Source: Chrysomallon squamiferum
Lineage: Eukaryota > Animalia > Mollusca
NCBI GenBank assembly: GCA_012295275.1
Contig: CM022678.1
Coordinates: 4,836,001-4,900,000, forward strand
DNA: 64,000 nucleotides
Reading direction: 5' to 3'
The notes under the pieces were generated by a model. The model was not told the DNA's origin. It saw only the letters and a list, made by a program, of their open reading frames with translations, and did no database searches. The position numbers were made by a program, and so were the translations under genes. This document shows, one piece after another, positions 1 through 14,844 of the stretch. Position 1 is the first letter of the stretch. Each line of letters begins with the position of its first letter.

Positions 1-4
1 ATAC

Positions 5-38
<34 letters not shown>

Positions 39-2791
39 ATATGTACAGATATAAGTGTAGAAAAAAAAAAAATTTTTTACAGCAAATTATTCAATGCATT
101 GAAAGCTGTTGCAAAAACACATTTTTCATATATATGTGTATTTGTGTGTGTGTTTGTATGTGTATGTGTATGTACACACACACACACACTAAATATATAA
201 GAATAAACATACGTAATCACATACTTTTACACACACACACACACACACACAATCAGACACCAGGTTACATTACTCTAGACAACAATTAATCATTTTCCAC
301 ATTCACACCTCACCAGTTTCATTGTGAATCAAACATGACAATGCAGGAAATTGTGTGTACAATAATAAGCTGCCACTAATTTAATTTCATGTTGTTGTTT
401 TTTTGTTTTTTATCTTTATAACATGTCTGTGGCTGTGTGTTTTATGTGTAAAAATGTCTGTTCTCCTGTGACTTAGCAAAATTTGTTCTGCCTATATCGG
501 TTCAGTTTTGTAACTTCTTATTTTCATTTGTATTTTCCTTTGTCGTTCTCTTTCTTTGTTTCTTTCAGTCCAACAAGTTCAGTCTATCTCTGCATCCTTT
601 CTAAATTAATACCACCTTAGTTTCTCTTTATTTGGAAAATGGAAAGGGTAATTAGTTTGTATTGTTATAGGTTTTTTTTTTTTCTCTCTCAGTTTTGTTT
701 CTGTGTACACATTATGTCTCACTCACTCTCATTATCTTTCTCTATGACTATGAGGTACAGTTCTCCATATATCTCTCTATGTCTCTTTTAATAAAATATG
801 AGAAATCTTTAAAAATGAAAATCATAAGTACAAAATAAAAATGTAAAAATAACTAAATAATAATAAAAATGTTACAGTATTCACTGAAGGCTTTAAAAAA
901 AATAAATAAAAAAGAATTATAAAAGAAATAAGAAGGAAACATGAAACACATTCAAATAAAAAAAAATAAAAAAATGTACAATATTTGCTTTAAGAATACA
1001 TATTGACCAATTATCCAAAAGAGAGGAAGCTGAGAAATATTTACCAATATTCTGTGCTATCAGAAAATTTGCTCTGAACAGGAAATGAAGTTGAACTTAA
1101 GATATCTCTTCTGGCTATTTTAAAACTGAATTTGATTTCAATTCCAACCACAGAAGGGATAACATTACTAAGCTGGCAACTAAAGCAGAATTAAGTTAGA
1201 CCTGCTGAAACTGATAAGGATTTTTTTTTCTTTCGTTTTAACAGTCAATAAAAGTTCAAGACACAAAGTTCAAATTGTTAAATGTTAAAGATAAATTTTA
1301 TTTGAATTCAGTTTAACTTTTTTTTACTTTTACCTTTTATTTTTCATAATATATACATTGTATCAATTTGACTGTTATTAATTTTTCTTTATTTTACGTC
1401 TATTTATGAATTATGTAAATATGAGGATCCTTATTCTTTCTGTTTAGTTGGTATACTCAATTTTAATTAACTATTATTATTATTATAAAATTACTTATTT
1501 TGACTGTAAAAATAGTAGATTACATACTAATGATAGAGGTAAAAAATATGTTTTTCAAACTATAGCCCACCAAACTTTGTCATAAATATGTAAGTGAGAT
1601 CTTGTAAATAAGTGAATTGATAATAAATAAATAAATAAATAAATAAATAACCCCCAAAAATAATACAAACTAAAAACCCTTTCACATTACCAAATAAATA
1701 ATAAAAGCACTTCAGAGACTACACGTATACAAACAGTACAGACTAGTACTGGTGATAAACAATGATTTAATGGAATAAGACCATAAGTATGCCCAGACCA
1801 TCCAAGCCATTAGCCAGCCATTAGATAATCCAGCACTGTCATATGGTTACTTTTTTACTGAGGCCATTAACTATCAGACATTAAATAACAAATATAACAC
1901 ACAGCAGAAATAAGAAGACTGGTTTTGTTTTCATGTAAACGCTTAGTCTAAAGCGAAATTTAATTGCACACACAAACCAGGCCATCTGTCATTCCAGACT
2001 GATAAGATTAAATATTCTAACTGATGTGACAGTTATAGTACACTTGAGTACAAAAATGTTACTGATAATGTTACTTAAATGCTGAAAATGTGTTTTTTGT
2101 GAAGGTGATAAAATATTTTGGATTTTTTAAATGTTCTTTTTTTAAATTTTATTATTTACTTATTTAATATTTCTATTCATTTCATTTCATTTTTTTTTTT
2201 TTTTTGTGTGTGTTTATTTGCCAATATGTCATTGATAAGGTTGCTTAAATACTGAATGTCATTTCGTAAAGCTTACATCACAAGATCATTAAAAAAAAAT
2301 GTTTTAAAATGTTTTGTTTGTTTTTTTTGTTTTTTTTATTTGAAGCATATAAACATATAAACAGACAAAAATAGAACTAGTATTAATTTTATACTGAATT
2401 TTTAAATTTATTTAGTATTTTATAACTTGTAATTTTATATATAAATCTGAACTTTCCTCTCAAATAATCCGAGTAAAAATGGTTTTAAAAAAATGCTAAT
2501 ATTATATGTATTCCATAATTTTTACAGTCACAAATATGCAAATGATAAATATTAAATCTGATATTATATATATACATATTCACTGCAATGTTTAGTTCTT
2601 GCTGGTTACGTCACATCAGAAGCAAGCAGCCTTTGAAAGTTACATTTAAATACACAACCACAAACAAGATGATTTTAAATTATAATTTATCCATATTTGA
2701 AACTCATTAGCATATTGTTTATGTTGTCATTAATAAATTTAAAGAGCAACATTTAGGTCAGCATGCATGTATGTATGTATGTATGTGCATG

Positions 2792-2842
<51 letters not shown>

Positions 2843-4229
2843 CCACACACTCTCTGATAATTATTTCATCAAGAGTGATTTATGTTTAAACACTAAAATG
2901 ACGATAATAAATGATTTTATCACAAACATACTAACTGGTTTTGGTACCACAAAAAAGACAACATTAAACACTTACTTTTTTAAATGAATGTCAGCCTTAA
3001 TGATTATTTGTATAGTATACATATGATCGAAATTATATATTATCTTAAAACACTAAATTCACCATAACATTTTTAATGTTCTTCCATTAATATATATTAA
3101 CTTATGTTTTCCATTATACACTAATTACTAAATAATGTTTTTGTGTTTTTTGTTGTTGTTATTATTATCTTAGGAACTCAGTAATATTTTAAAGACTTTA
3201 TAACTTTTAATTACAAATAGAGATACATCACTGTAGCATGACTTATAATAATATATAGTATGAACTTAAGAACATTCTTAAAACTCTCTAACCTTGACAA
3301 AGTAATAAAACTTGGCCTTAGTGTTTTCCTTTATTATTTTTCAAGAATATCAACCCTAGTAATCTGTGCCTTCATCATCATCATTATTTTACAAACAGAA
3401 AGTTACCTGACATTACTGGTAAAGTAATAATACTAATAGTAACTAAATCTAAGAATTTTTTAGGATCATGTTTCCTATAGAAAGTAAAATATACTGGAAC
3501 TTGTAAGTTGCTGGTACTGCATCTCCAACTTCAGTGTAATTGTCTTTATTATATTTATTTGGCTGGATTTAGGACACTGCTAAAAAAAAAATATATACTC
3601 AATATGATTGAGAATTGACCTCTAACAGATAAAAATCAATACATTTATTGGCCTTTGGTCTTGTTGTTGTCCATTTAATAAGGAAACATGGCAGTCTGAA
3701 TACCGAATGATTTACCACATTAGTTTTGATTAATTCTGGTTTATATATGGAACAATGATTAACTGTATTTATTTAGGTACATATTATAGATAAACATGCA
3801 CGTGTGTGTGTGTGTGTGTGTGTGTAAACAACACATATTTATGGATACATGTAGTACAGACATGTTGCTAAATCATTTTTATTATAAAGATCCTTTTGAA
3901 AAAGATATTTCATTTTGCCCTGACAGCTTTTATAACAGTGAAAAGTGTCTGTCTACATGTCTGGGTGTATTTGTACCCTTCAGTCTTACCCTTTCTCTTC
4001 CACTCTGCATGTATTTATTTATTTTGATTTAAATGTACCATGACAAATGTCAAAATCAATATGCACACTAAATTAATAATAAGGAATAATAGTGTCATTA
4101 TAATGCCATGATAAATATTCGATCAATTGTTGCCTGAGATCAGAGTGCTCATGTACTGAATAAGAACAAGAATAAATGAATAAAAGAAAAATTGAAAAAA
4201 AATATATTAGCAGTTCTCAACAAGTTTTA

Positions 4230-4281
<52 letters not shown>

Positions 4282-4861
4282 TAAATGCTTGTTTTAGCGA
4301 GTTTTAAAACATTTCCAATTTCAACCTGGATACTCAGAATAGTGTGTTGGAACTGTCCTATATTAATCAGACTAAAGCGCAGTTGCTCAAACTTGATCAA
4401 TCTGTTTTCAACCCAGATTTGTTTGATCACTTTTACGATTCTGAAATAGTTTTCTAAAACAACAAAATATACGTCACTCAAAATATCAGCATTTATTATT
4501 ATTATTATTATTTTTTTTTTTTTTTCCCTTCTCTTTTAGTTTGCAGAAAACACGTAACATCTTAAAATGTCAACAATTTTGTTTATCTTGCATGAATGGG
4601 GGGAGGGATGAAGGGCAGTATTAAAATGTAAAACCAATATGAATATACTTTAAACAGCCTAAAAGCCAATCACCCAATGCTCCAGTTTTGCCAGTATATT
4701 AAGACTAAACGTCTACTGTGCACAACATGGTAAACAAAAACTTTTGACTCTAGACTTCTTTCTTGTTTTATAACTAAAACGCAAAAAGATGTGGACACAA
4801 ACAAAAATAATAATAATAAATAATGAAAACAAACAAACGGCAAATATAGTTAAAAACTTAC

Positions 4862-4952
4862 CGCCTTTTCTGTGAGTTGATAGAGAACATAGAGAAAGAG
4901 CGACAAAAGACAGCAACGAGAAGAGTAATCCAAGCAGACGATCACACTCCAT
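4862..4952 (-). CDS. First coding exon (signal peptide) of an unidentified secreted or membrane protein; the gene probably continues off the left edge
   Basis: CAAAATG start context reads MECDRLLGLLFSLLSFVALSLCSLSTHRKG (hydrophobic core), then a consensus G|GTAAGT donor at 4861. It lies in a locally CpG-richer patch. An in-frame upstream ATG is at 4976. No further exons were recognised in 1-4860. Confidence 0.6.
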
Positions 4953-5350
4953 TTTGTTTTTGTATCGCGCGAACATTGCCGACTCGATCAAAACAAAGAT
5001 AATACGCGCTACACTACAATGTATCGACAGCCTCATTGACCCTGGCGTGAACCCATATCTCTGACCAATCAGAGTCCAGACTTTCTTTTCGAGGTGTGGT
5101 GGTTTATCAGCACTTATAACCCGTTTCAAAATAGTTGAACACAAGAATTGCATCATCGGAAATAAAATGAATTATGACCTGTAATGCAGCATCGAACACA
5201 TCGGCATAATAAGACATTTGAGCATTTGAAACGTGCACGTTCTCACTTAACATTCGAAACGTCTGCCCAAAACCACTGATGCCGGTTGTGAGTCCTAGAC
5301 AGAGTTCGAGAGAAAGTGATAATTCCAGTACCTCGAGGCAATACGACATA
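4953..5350. promoter_or_regulatory. Probable promoter of the minus-strand gene (CCAAT box, CpG-enriched)
   Basis: GACCAATCAG at ~5064-5073 and many CpGs relative to the flanking AT-rich DNA, directly upstream of the signal-peptide exon. Confidence 0.4.
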
Positions 5351-6080
5351 GTAAATAGCGATAAAGATGGTTTAAATATTATAATAGAATTGATTAATGT
5401 CAGTAACTGAGATTCTACATTGTCTGCGATTACGAAAACGGTGATTTATCTGAATCGTGTCTGCATGAACATCAATAAATAAATAAATAAACAGAAAAAG
5501 TATTAATTAATTTATTTATTTACTTATTAGTTACTTACTTTTGAACTTGCTGCAGTTATCTACTGATCTCTTATAACAATGAAATCATTATATAATATAA
5601 TATTATATTTATGATTTTTTTTCTTAATCGAATGATTATGCGACCCAGTCTTCTGTGACTTTCTTCCTTGATAAATAATACGATTTGCCTCCCTTCGTTT
5701 ATATTCGTTAGTACTCTCCTAAACTAACGGCTGGACACGAAGAGAAAGACAACAAAATGGAAACTGACAAACATGAACACTTTTTTCTACGATCTTTATG
5801 AATCAGAATTAGTAGCAGAAAAATGAATGGTATCAAAATATTTAGCAAAACTGAGGTCTGTCATGCCTTAGGACATACTCATTACATTGGTTTCCCAAGG
5901 CAATAGCGAACTTGTCTTTTTTTGTTTTCCTTAAGGTACCTAGGCTAATGCATTTTTTTGTTTTTGCCAAATAAAGATGTATTTTACATGAATCGAAAGA
6001 CATTGAGTCCCAGAATAAAAAAAAAAAAAAAAATTTTGGAGATATAAAAATTGTCAAAATTCCACAGTTCGAGCATAGGT

Positions 6081-6121
<41 letters not shown>

Positions 6122-7296
6122 ATAATAATAATAATAATAAATAAATAAATAAATATATATATAAAATAAAACAGAACCTTATTTCAAGAGTCATCTTTAT
6201 CAGATTTGCATGATCTATTCAGTAAAGTTTTTTGTTTATAATGACCTTAACAGAGGTAGATTTAACTGAATTAAATATAATGTGTTTGGCCTGTTTCATT
6301 TGATATATGAACATTTGATCATTCTTCAGTAAGACTTGTCGTTCGTGAATAAAAAATTTTAAAATCTTTTAATTTTTTTTTTTTTCTCTCTCTCTCTGTT
6401 ATTTTGATGTTTACTTCTGCAGAAGAGCTTAGAGAGTTGTCGTTCCTGATAGGTTACTGTTGATGGATCGAATCTAGAGCTTCACTTCAAATGGATATTA
6501 AACAATAAAGACGAGAGTCAATTGCCAAACAAGAGAGAGAATATGAAAGAAGATATGTCAACACGTTCCATTTAAATAATCTATTCAGGGAAATCGACCA
6601 ATTTCATTTTTATATTTATTTATTTAATTTAATTTTTTTTTTCTTACATTTAGTTGCCATTTTTATATGTTTTCCTCTTTCGCTTTCTTTATAGATTTTT
6701 AGTTACACCTTTTTCAAGAAATTGCCTTAGCAAAATAAACCGATATTTGATATTATTCTGGTTTAAATTCATCAAGTAAATTATCGTAACATTTTGAGGT
6801 TGGGAATTCGCCATAATTGAAATGTTTTTAATTTTTTTTTTTTTTTTTTTTTTTTAAAATTGGCATTTTGTCTGTAATATTATTTTGTATCACTGTGTTA
6901 CATCACCGCAGATAAATGCATTTGTATAGACCAGCACAAAAAGTATTTAAAAAAAGAAGAAAAAAGAATTAAAATAAAATAAATAAAAAATAGTAATAAA
7001 ATACCGTGCCTTTCATCCTCACGCAGAAAATCTCCATTTTCTTTGGTGATAAGGGGTTCACTACTAGTCTAGTGGAAGGGACTCGGGAAGGGCTAATTTC
7101 AATGGGCAATGGACTATGGTATTTTATTTTATTTTTTTATTTATTTACTATTAATCTTTTTCTTCTTCTTATTTGTTAACCGCCATCTCTCAATACGTGT
7201 TTAGTTCTATGACGCCATTTAATCGTTTTGAAAACATGTTTTGAAAAATGTGTCGAGCCTGTCGTTAAAATTAGTAGAATTTATGAGAGAGAGAGA

Positions 7297-7417
<121 letters not shown>

Positions 7418-9097
7418 ATCTGGAAACGTTTCATAACGGATTTAATGAAAAGACATATACACACCAACACATATAATTATACACAACACTCGTGTTTACC
7501 CTGGAGCAACGTTTCTTCTTATTCTCTTGTCCTGCAGCAACACAACTGAGCTGATATTCCCTCGTAACAATGACCAGTGAAGTTACTGGTTAACACAGTG
7601 AAACACACTTAATATACTGTTCTAAAATCAGACTAGTAAAGTTTTAGATGCCCACACAGTCTTGCAGAAAAATAATTACTGTTACCGACTTTTCCACTGG
7701 AAGATGTAAATATGTTACTACAATTGTGAAAAAAGAAACATTTTAAATCGACAATTCTTCGTTCTTGTGTTGAAGTTTGTTTACTAGACTTTACTACGAA
7801 TGTGTGTAAAAAAAAAAAAAAGAGAGAAATTTTTGACCCGTACGGTCTACCGTATTGTAACTTATTTGTGACTTAACGCGATATCGTGGTAACCTCCCTT
7901 GAACGGAAGCATTTGCGATGGCGTACTTTCGTCAACTGTTTTAATGGTTTAACTGCATTTATTTCTTAACAGTGGCATGAATATGTTGGAGATAGAGCAA
8001 AAAACTGCAACCCTCATACATTTAGTCTTATTATTATGTCAGTATATTTCTTTCTTTCTTTCTTTCAAATAGTTAAGTACCGCGATATCGTGGTACTCCA
8101 TTATGCCTTGTTCGATTGAGTGTATTTCATGTAGTTGCCGAGTAACACTGACACACACCCACAGATCAGTAGGTCAGCATTAACATAATTATCCTGTACA
8201 TCTTTTGTCTGCGTGATCGTGTGTGTAGTTCTCCCGACAATTCATATTTTTGTCATTTTTTTCACCACATCCTTCTAATATCAACCGAGCAACATGCCCT
8301 AATGTTTCGGTTCTGAACTCCAAAGTAGCCGATTTATTATTTTCCACAGTCATGACAAATAAAAAATAAAAAAATAAAAAAAATAACAAATTGTCTTATC
8401 TAATAATATGTTTATTCTTTAATAATTAATCATAAAAAATGGTGAGTACATTAGACTATTTAAATAAATTTAATCTGTTTGCTGAATTTCTATATTTAAA
8501 TTTTATATATAAATCCGTTTTAGATAACAAACTTCCTTCCTGTCGCTGGGATCACGTTTCCTATGTTGGTGTTGATCGGTTAATAATTAAGCAAGCATAA
8601 GAAGAACAACAACAATGATATTGACAGCTAATTATTTAAACTGGGAAAGAAATCACATTCTACTATGGACTGGGTAACTAGTTTTGCATGCCTGTAATAC
8701 TTGATAAGCAAAACGACTCGGCTAATGGCGTAATAGTTTTTATTTTTTTTTATTTAACTGCTTGTTGAGCTGTGTTATCCATAATTTAATTGTCTAAATA
8801 AATTTGAGATTATATTCATTTATTTTATTTTATTTTATTTTATCACTTTAAAACAAATTAACAAGCCGATTTCTTAATTTTTAATTTTTAACACGAACAT
8901 TTAATTTTACCTACTAACTCATGGGAAATAAAGCATTATTTTATCTTATCTTATAATAAAACATTTTATGTGGAGAAACCTGCTTCTTTTATTATTTAAA
9001 GACTACAATAATTGGTTCCCACCTAACTGAGAATAGTTCATTGCAATGCATATCATTAAGACCACTGGATTATATCTGTTTGAGGAAATTCGACCAA

Positions 9098-9629
9098 ATG
9101 AGAGTAAATCCTTTTTACACTCTGTCAAAAATGTCGAGATTTCTTACAGTTTTAATCAACCCGTTCTGGATAACTCGTCCGATGGAAAAGTATTGTTTAT
9201 TTTACTTTATAATTTTCATTTATTTATTTGATCTTATTACCATTACTATTATTATTTGTTTCTTCACCCCTGGGTTTTATGTTGTCCACCCTACTGTGTC
9301 TTTGTCGGCAAAAAGTCCTAGCGCTCTAGCGACACAGACACTCTCTAATTTACGAAGGGAAATTTCAGTTCAAATTAACTCCGAACAAGGGGTGTCATAC
9401 CTGTCTATTTCAAAGTTAAAATATTCATTCATATTTAATTTTGAAATCTCTGATGTCACATTATCTATTTTTATTTCCGTTTAGATTCGTCGTTTGATCT
9501 TCTGGGCACTTCTTTTCATTGTGAGATTTTCCGGCTCACTTGCAAACGAGAAACATCAAGGAAACTGTAGTATTGTACATTCTGTCAAGTTCGGAGGACT
9601 GTTCGTTGACTGTAGCGGAAGAAACCTAA
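9098..9629 (+). pseudogene. Truncated TLR copy (TLR-0): exon 1 9098-9103, exon 2 9485-9629, then a deletion to the 3' flank
   Basis: ATG AGA|GTAAAT ... TTAG|ATT CGT CGT TTG ATC TTC TGG gives MRIRRLIFWALLFIVRFSGSLANEKHQGNCSIVHSVKFGGLFVDCSGRNL, near-identical to the other copies. Homology stops at ACCTAA (9624-9629) and switches to sequence matching 15565 onward. Confidence 0.9.
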
Positions 9630-9673
9630 AATGTATCGAAACATTTCGTTACAAGAATTATAACGTATCAGAC

Positions 9674-9763
<90 letters not shown>

Positions 9764-11686
9764 GTTTCACAACGGATTTAATGAATGCACATACATCTAC
9801 ACACCTACACATATTATTTTAAACAACACTCATGTTTACTCCCTAGCAAAGTTTCTTCTTATTCTTTTGTCCTGCACCAACACATCTCAGCTGATATTCT
9901 CTCGAAACTATGCCAATGAAGTCATTTGTTAACTCAGTGAAACAGACAACTGAATGAACATTCAATGACTGGACTAGGGACTGTGCCATCTATTGCTAAA
10001 AAAAAAGAGTTTTTTTTAGGAATTATGGGTAAGCTAAGGTCCGTATCAAATGAGTCTAGCGATTATGGGGTTGATGGGGTAAGAAATATTTTCTAATCTC
10101 AAATTGCAGTTTGTTGCTGGCAAACATGCTAGAGAACTATTGGTTACCTTCGCTATACTAGTCCCGTGGTAACAGTTTCTAAATGAAGACGATTAATTCG
10201 TTACTGTATGTTTTGCTTTCCACAGTAGACAGAATATGCATGTGGAATCTTTAGAAAATAAACACGTTAATTTTAACCGATGGAAACTTGACAAAATGCT
10301 AGCTAAATAACTTCTGTCGTACTCTTTTAATGCAGTCAGCGGACGCAAACGGAATAAAAAGTATAGAAACGCCGCACTCACACACACACAATCCTCAGTT
10401 GTGCAGGCGAATATAACCGGTTTTCATTATTATGTACGTCTCAAGTAAACAGATGAATTCTCTTCAACAATGTCTCGCCTAGTTCGACCGTGTGTGGCTG
10501 GTGTATTTGCTCACTAACTGTGACACACACAGAGCAGGATGTCAACCTGAACAAAATTATCTAACACTCCTTTCAGGCACACTGAAAAATGCGAATAGTC
10601 CATATAACTGCACGATCACACCAGATCGTGTACTTATATCGACAATTCCCTTATGTCACCACATCCTTCTACTATGAATTCAGAGACACGCCCTTATTTT
10701 ACAGTTCTGAACTGGAAAGTAGCTGACTCTTTACTGTCCACAGTGAAAAAAATCAGTACAAATTAAAAAAAAAAAAATCTTCATAATAAAAAAAATCTGT
10801 TTCTCTTTGAAAGATGAATCATAAAAGTGGTGAGTACATTAGAGTGTTTGAGTTTAATCTGTTTGCTGTGCTTCTATATTTAGAAGTTTATATATAAACG
10901 CGTTCAAGTTTACAAACATCCTTCTTTTGGCTGTGATCATATTTCTCTTTTGCAGTGTTTGTGTCGATCGGTTAATAATTAAACAAGTACAACAACTACA
11001 ACAACAACTACAATAATAATAATAATACCTGATCATTTAAACTCGGAAAAGAGCTCCATTCTACTATGGACTGGGTAAGTAGTTTTATCTATCTTTATTA
11101 CTTGCTGAGAAAAACAACACAGCTAATGGCGGGACAGTTCGTTTATTTTTTTGCTTTTATTTATCTTCTTTTTTTTTTTTTTTTTTTTTTGGTTGTTGCT
11201 CTTGTACATAATTTAATTCTTTAAATTAATGTGAGATTATAGATATAAATTGTCGGCTATATATATATAAACAATTTTACACAAGGAAGTAATTTACGTG
11301 ACAAGCTTCCCTTCACAGGTGTCGTATTTCTGGGTGAATTTCCAAATTTTTGAACTAGCGTTTCGTCGAGATTTGACTACTTCTCTCTTGTATAAACATT
11401 ACCTTGTTACTTGCGTAGTTCATCGACTGGTCGCCACTGCTCATCTCTCGAAGCTGCGGTGATTTCAATGACTGAATCTGTTATTATTATTATTTTTTTT
11501 TATATATAGCATGTCCTTTCAGAAAATCCAGACGAATTAAAAACATGAATCATTACAATCTCTTACTCCAGTAAGTCCTTCCATTTTAAATGATTATTAA
11601 CTTTTCCGTTCACACTTTCTCCCTCTTGCAACACGTTGTCAAGTGTCGCTTTCTGTGAGTACTAATTCTGTGACGCAAAAATGTGT

Positions 11687-11750
<64 letters not shown>

Positions 11751-11897
11751 ATTTATCTTTTGTTATCTTATAATAAATATTTTTATATGTCGAAACCTTC
11801 TTCTGTAACTATTTGGTTCCGAACTAATTTGGAACAGTTCATTATAAAGCATATCAGTAAGACTACTGAATTATATCTGTGGTGGGAATTCGACCAA

Positions 11898-14844
11898 ATG
11901 AGAGTAAGTTCTTTCACACTGTGCTAAAAATGTCGAGATTTCTTACAGGTGTTTTAATAGACAGGTTTTAATAGGCAGGTGTTTACATTCAGGCCGTTCG
12001 GTACTGTTGATAAATGGTCAGTTGGAAATGCATTAGATTTATTAATTAATTTATTTATTTATTTATTTACTTATTTATTTATATGTTTCTGTGTTTATTT
12101 ATTCATTCATTTTATTTTATTTTATTTTAACAGTACATATCTTTATCTTCACCATCAACGTAATACGTTAGTACGTTTTCGATAAAATTCTCCGAACTAC
12201 GAACGGAAATCAAGTCCGAACAAGGGGTATTATACCAGATCATATACATTTCCTGTCTATTTCGGAGTTAAAATATTAATTCATATCTATTAATTTAGAA
12301 ATATCTAACGTCACTTTATTTATTTTATTTTCGTTCAGATTCGTAGTTTGATCTTCTGCACAGTTCTTTTCATTGTGAGATTTTCTGGTTCACTTGCAAA
12401 CGAGAAACATCAAGGAAACTGTAGTATTGTACATTCTGTCAAGTACGGAGGACTGTTCGCTGACTGTAGCGGTAGAAACCTAACCAGAATTCCTCGTTTT
12501 AATAATAACTCGAAGCTGAAAGAAAACATTAAAGCTCTGGATGTCAGTAATAACAAAATAACTATAAAACAAGATGACTTCATCGGTTACACCAATCTCG
12601 TGTATTTGAATCTCAACAAAAATGGTCTAAAATATCTTCCACCCAATGCTTTTTGCCGGCTGTGAAAAGTTACAGATCTTACACTTAAAACATAACACAC
12701 TCAAGTACAACAAGATATCATTTCCAGTGGACGTTTTCTCTAATCTGACACACCTGAGGTATCTCAATATAGGAAAAAATGTGCATGGTAAAGCTGATTT
12801 GAAATTCATTGGCTTCGTTCTCAAAAACGTTAAAGCTCTTGAGAATCTAACAGTAGATTCTGGAGAAAACCTGACATTTAGCGAGGACTATAAACATCTG
12901 ATAAATCTTCGACATCTGTGTTTCTCAGGACGTGAAGCAAACTGCCAGGTTTCACAAATCTTCAACGATACTTTCACAGTTTTCTCTTCTTCTATCATCC
13001 ATACTCTCGACTTATCGTTCTGTAAACGTCTTCACAACATAGAAGTGAATGCGTATGCACCACTGGTGTCGCTGAAAATACTAAAGCTGAACAACAACAA
13101 TCGTCTGGGATTGCACAAAGCATTTGTCAGTTTATATGGTCTTCAGAAAAGAAACCTTACCACTATAGACTTTGAAAGTGTAGCGTATAAACGTTACGGA
13201 CAGTTGGCAAATGTTACGGTGACGGATGAAATATTATGGAAGGATACACTTTGGTATGGAGCAAGTATTTGCCTATCGGAATTGAATTTGGCAAACAATC
13301 GCATTCTTTATATCGACTATATAAATCTGTTGAATCAAACAGTTGCCAAATGTCTTCTTAAAATTTACTTTAGTGGAAATGCAGTCTATGGATTGTACAA
13401 TGTCGGTTTTCTCGTGCCTTATCTTGCTCACTTAAATGTGGAATTAATTTACATCTCTGACGACGTTTCGCCTTATCATCATGTTCACCGGAAACAATCT
13501 AGTTCCCTACAGGATAACCCAACCTACTTCATACCGCTGCCACCGAAATTAAAGACTTTTGTTTTGGATAACACTGACTACCTGCTCAAATTATCAAAAG
13601 GCAGTATAGTAAATATAACATCGAATAACATTGTGGAAAATGTATCGGTAAGTTATGCAGGAAAGATCGAATTAGAAGGGACTGTATACGGAATGAATAA
13701 ACTTAAAACGTTGAAACTTGCCTACGTCAGACAACTGATACTCGACGAAGCATTTTTCGATAATTTTCATGCTTTAAGGAATCTCAATTTAAACAGTGTG
13801 GGTCTTCCTAGAAACTATTTCCTTGAACATTCTGCTCGACTCTTCGAGAAACTGGTTCGGCTGGAAATGCTGCATCTATCTGGAAACTACATACACGATT
13901 TTCAAGAAGAAGTGTTTCGCTCGAACAAGCATTTGAGACGTATCTCTCTGTCCTATAACTTTTTTAGTGACATACCATTCAACTTAGATTACACTCCACA
14001 TCTGGAAATACTAGATTTATCTCACAACTCCATAACCTCTCTCAGTCAAGAAACAATGCAGTCATTAGATAACCACGCCAGTAATATAACGAATTTCACT
14101 TTATTCTTACTAGGTAATCCCTTTTCCTGTACTTGCGAAACACTGGAATTCGTTCTTTGGATGAAAACAGCAACATACCTTGACAATTCCTCATACAACT
14201 GTTATACTGGGAGTAACATTCGTGTTAGTTTTGACTCCATTGACGAAGAGGAATTATGGCAAAAATGCACGGGGAGAAATGCACTCTTCATATCGACACT
14301 GCTGTTTTTATTTTGCATGGCTTCCTTTCTTTGTTTTGTTCTGATACTCAAGCACAAGACTCAGATTGTTGTATTCTTCATTAAACTTTTCACCAAAGGT
14401 GCCAGAGTTCCAAAACGAGAGGATTTCCAGTACGACGTCTTTGTAGGATACGCATACCAAGATTACGAATTTGCCTGCACAAAACTGAGAATAATTTTGG
14501 AAGATCGATTTAATTATCGAATCTACCTTCACGACCGAGACGGAATTCCCGGAGAGGACAGGGCGAATTCCATTCTGACAGCAATTCGTAACAGCTGGAA
14601 AATGGTTCTGGTTATATCGGAGAACTTTCTGGAAGACGAATGGTTCGTGTACACGACTCACGCTGCAGCCCTCTACTCCATTGCCGAGTTGATACCAAAA
14701 CGACTCATCCTCCTGCGAGACAAGCACGATCCTTTCCAGGTGCCAGACAATCTTCTGTGTGTGGTTCACGAAGATTCCGTTCTGCCAATCCCTGACGAAA
14801 GTGATGAAACGTCTTGGGAAGTCCTAAATGGTCTTCTCAAGTAG
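11898..14844 (+). pseudogene. Toll-like receptor TLR-1 (LRR-LRRCT-TM-TIR) with a single +1 frameshift; pseudogene or assembly error. Exons 11898-11903 and 12339-14844
   Basis: ORFs 12348-12665 and 12646-14844 join into a full paralogue of TLR-2. GCTTTTTGCC (5 T, 12650-12654) replaces GCTTTTGCA (4 T) in TLR-2. The rest is open, with LxxLxLxxN repeats, NPFSCTCE, a TM helix and TIR motifs YDVFVGY and DRDGIPG. Confidence 0.85.

Noticed and set aside
7876-8097. Duplicated near-palindrome CGCGATATCGTGGTA
   Set aside because: Only two short copies, absent from the other TLR units, and no evidence of function.
12650-12660. Programmed ribosomal frameshift in TLR-1
   Set aside because: No X-XXY-YYZ slippery heptamer or obvious stimulatory structure, and the paralogue simply has one T fewer.
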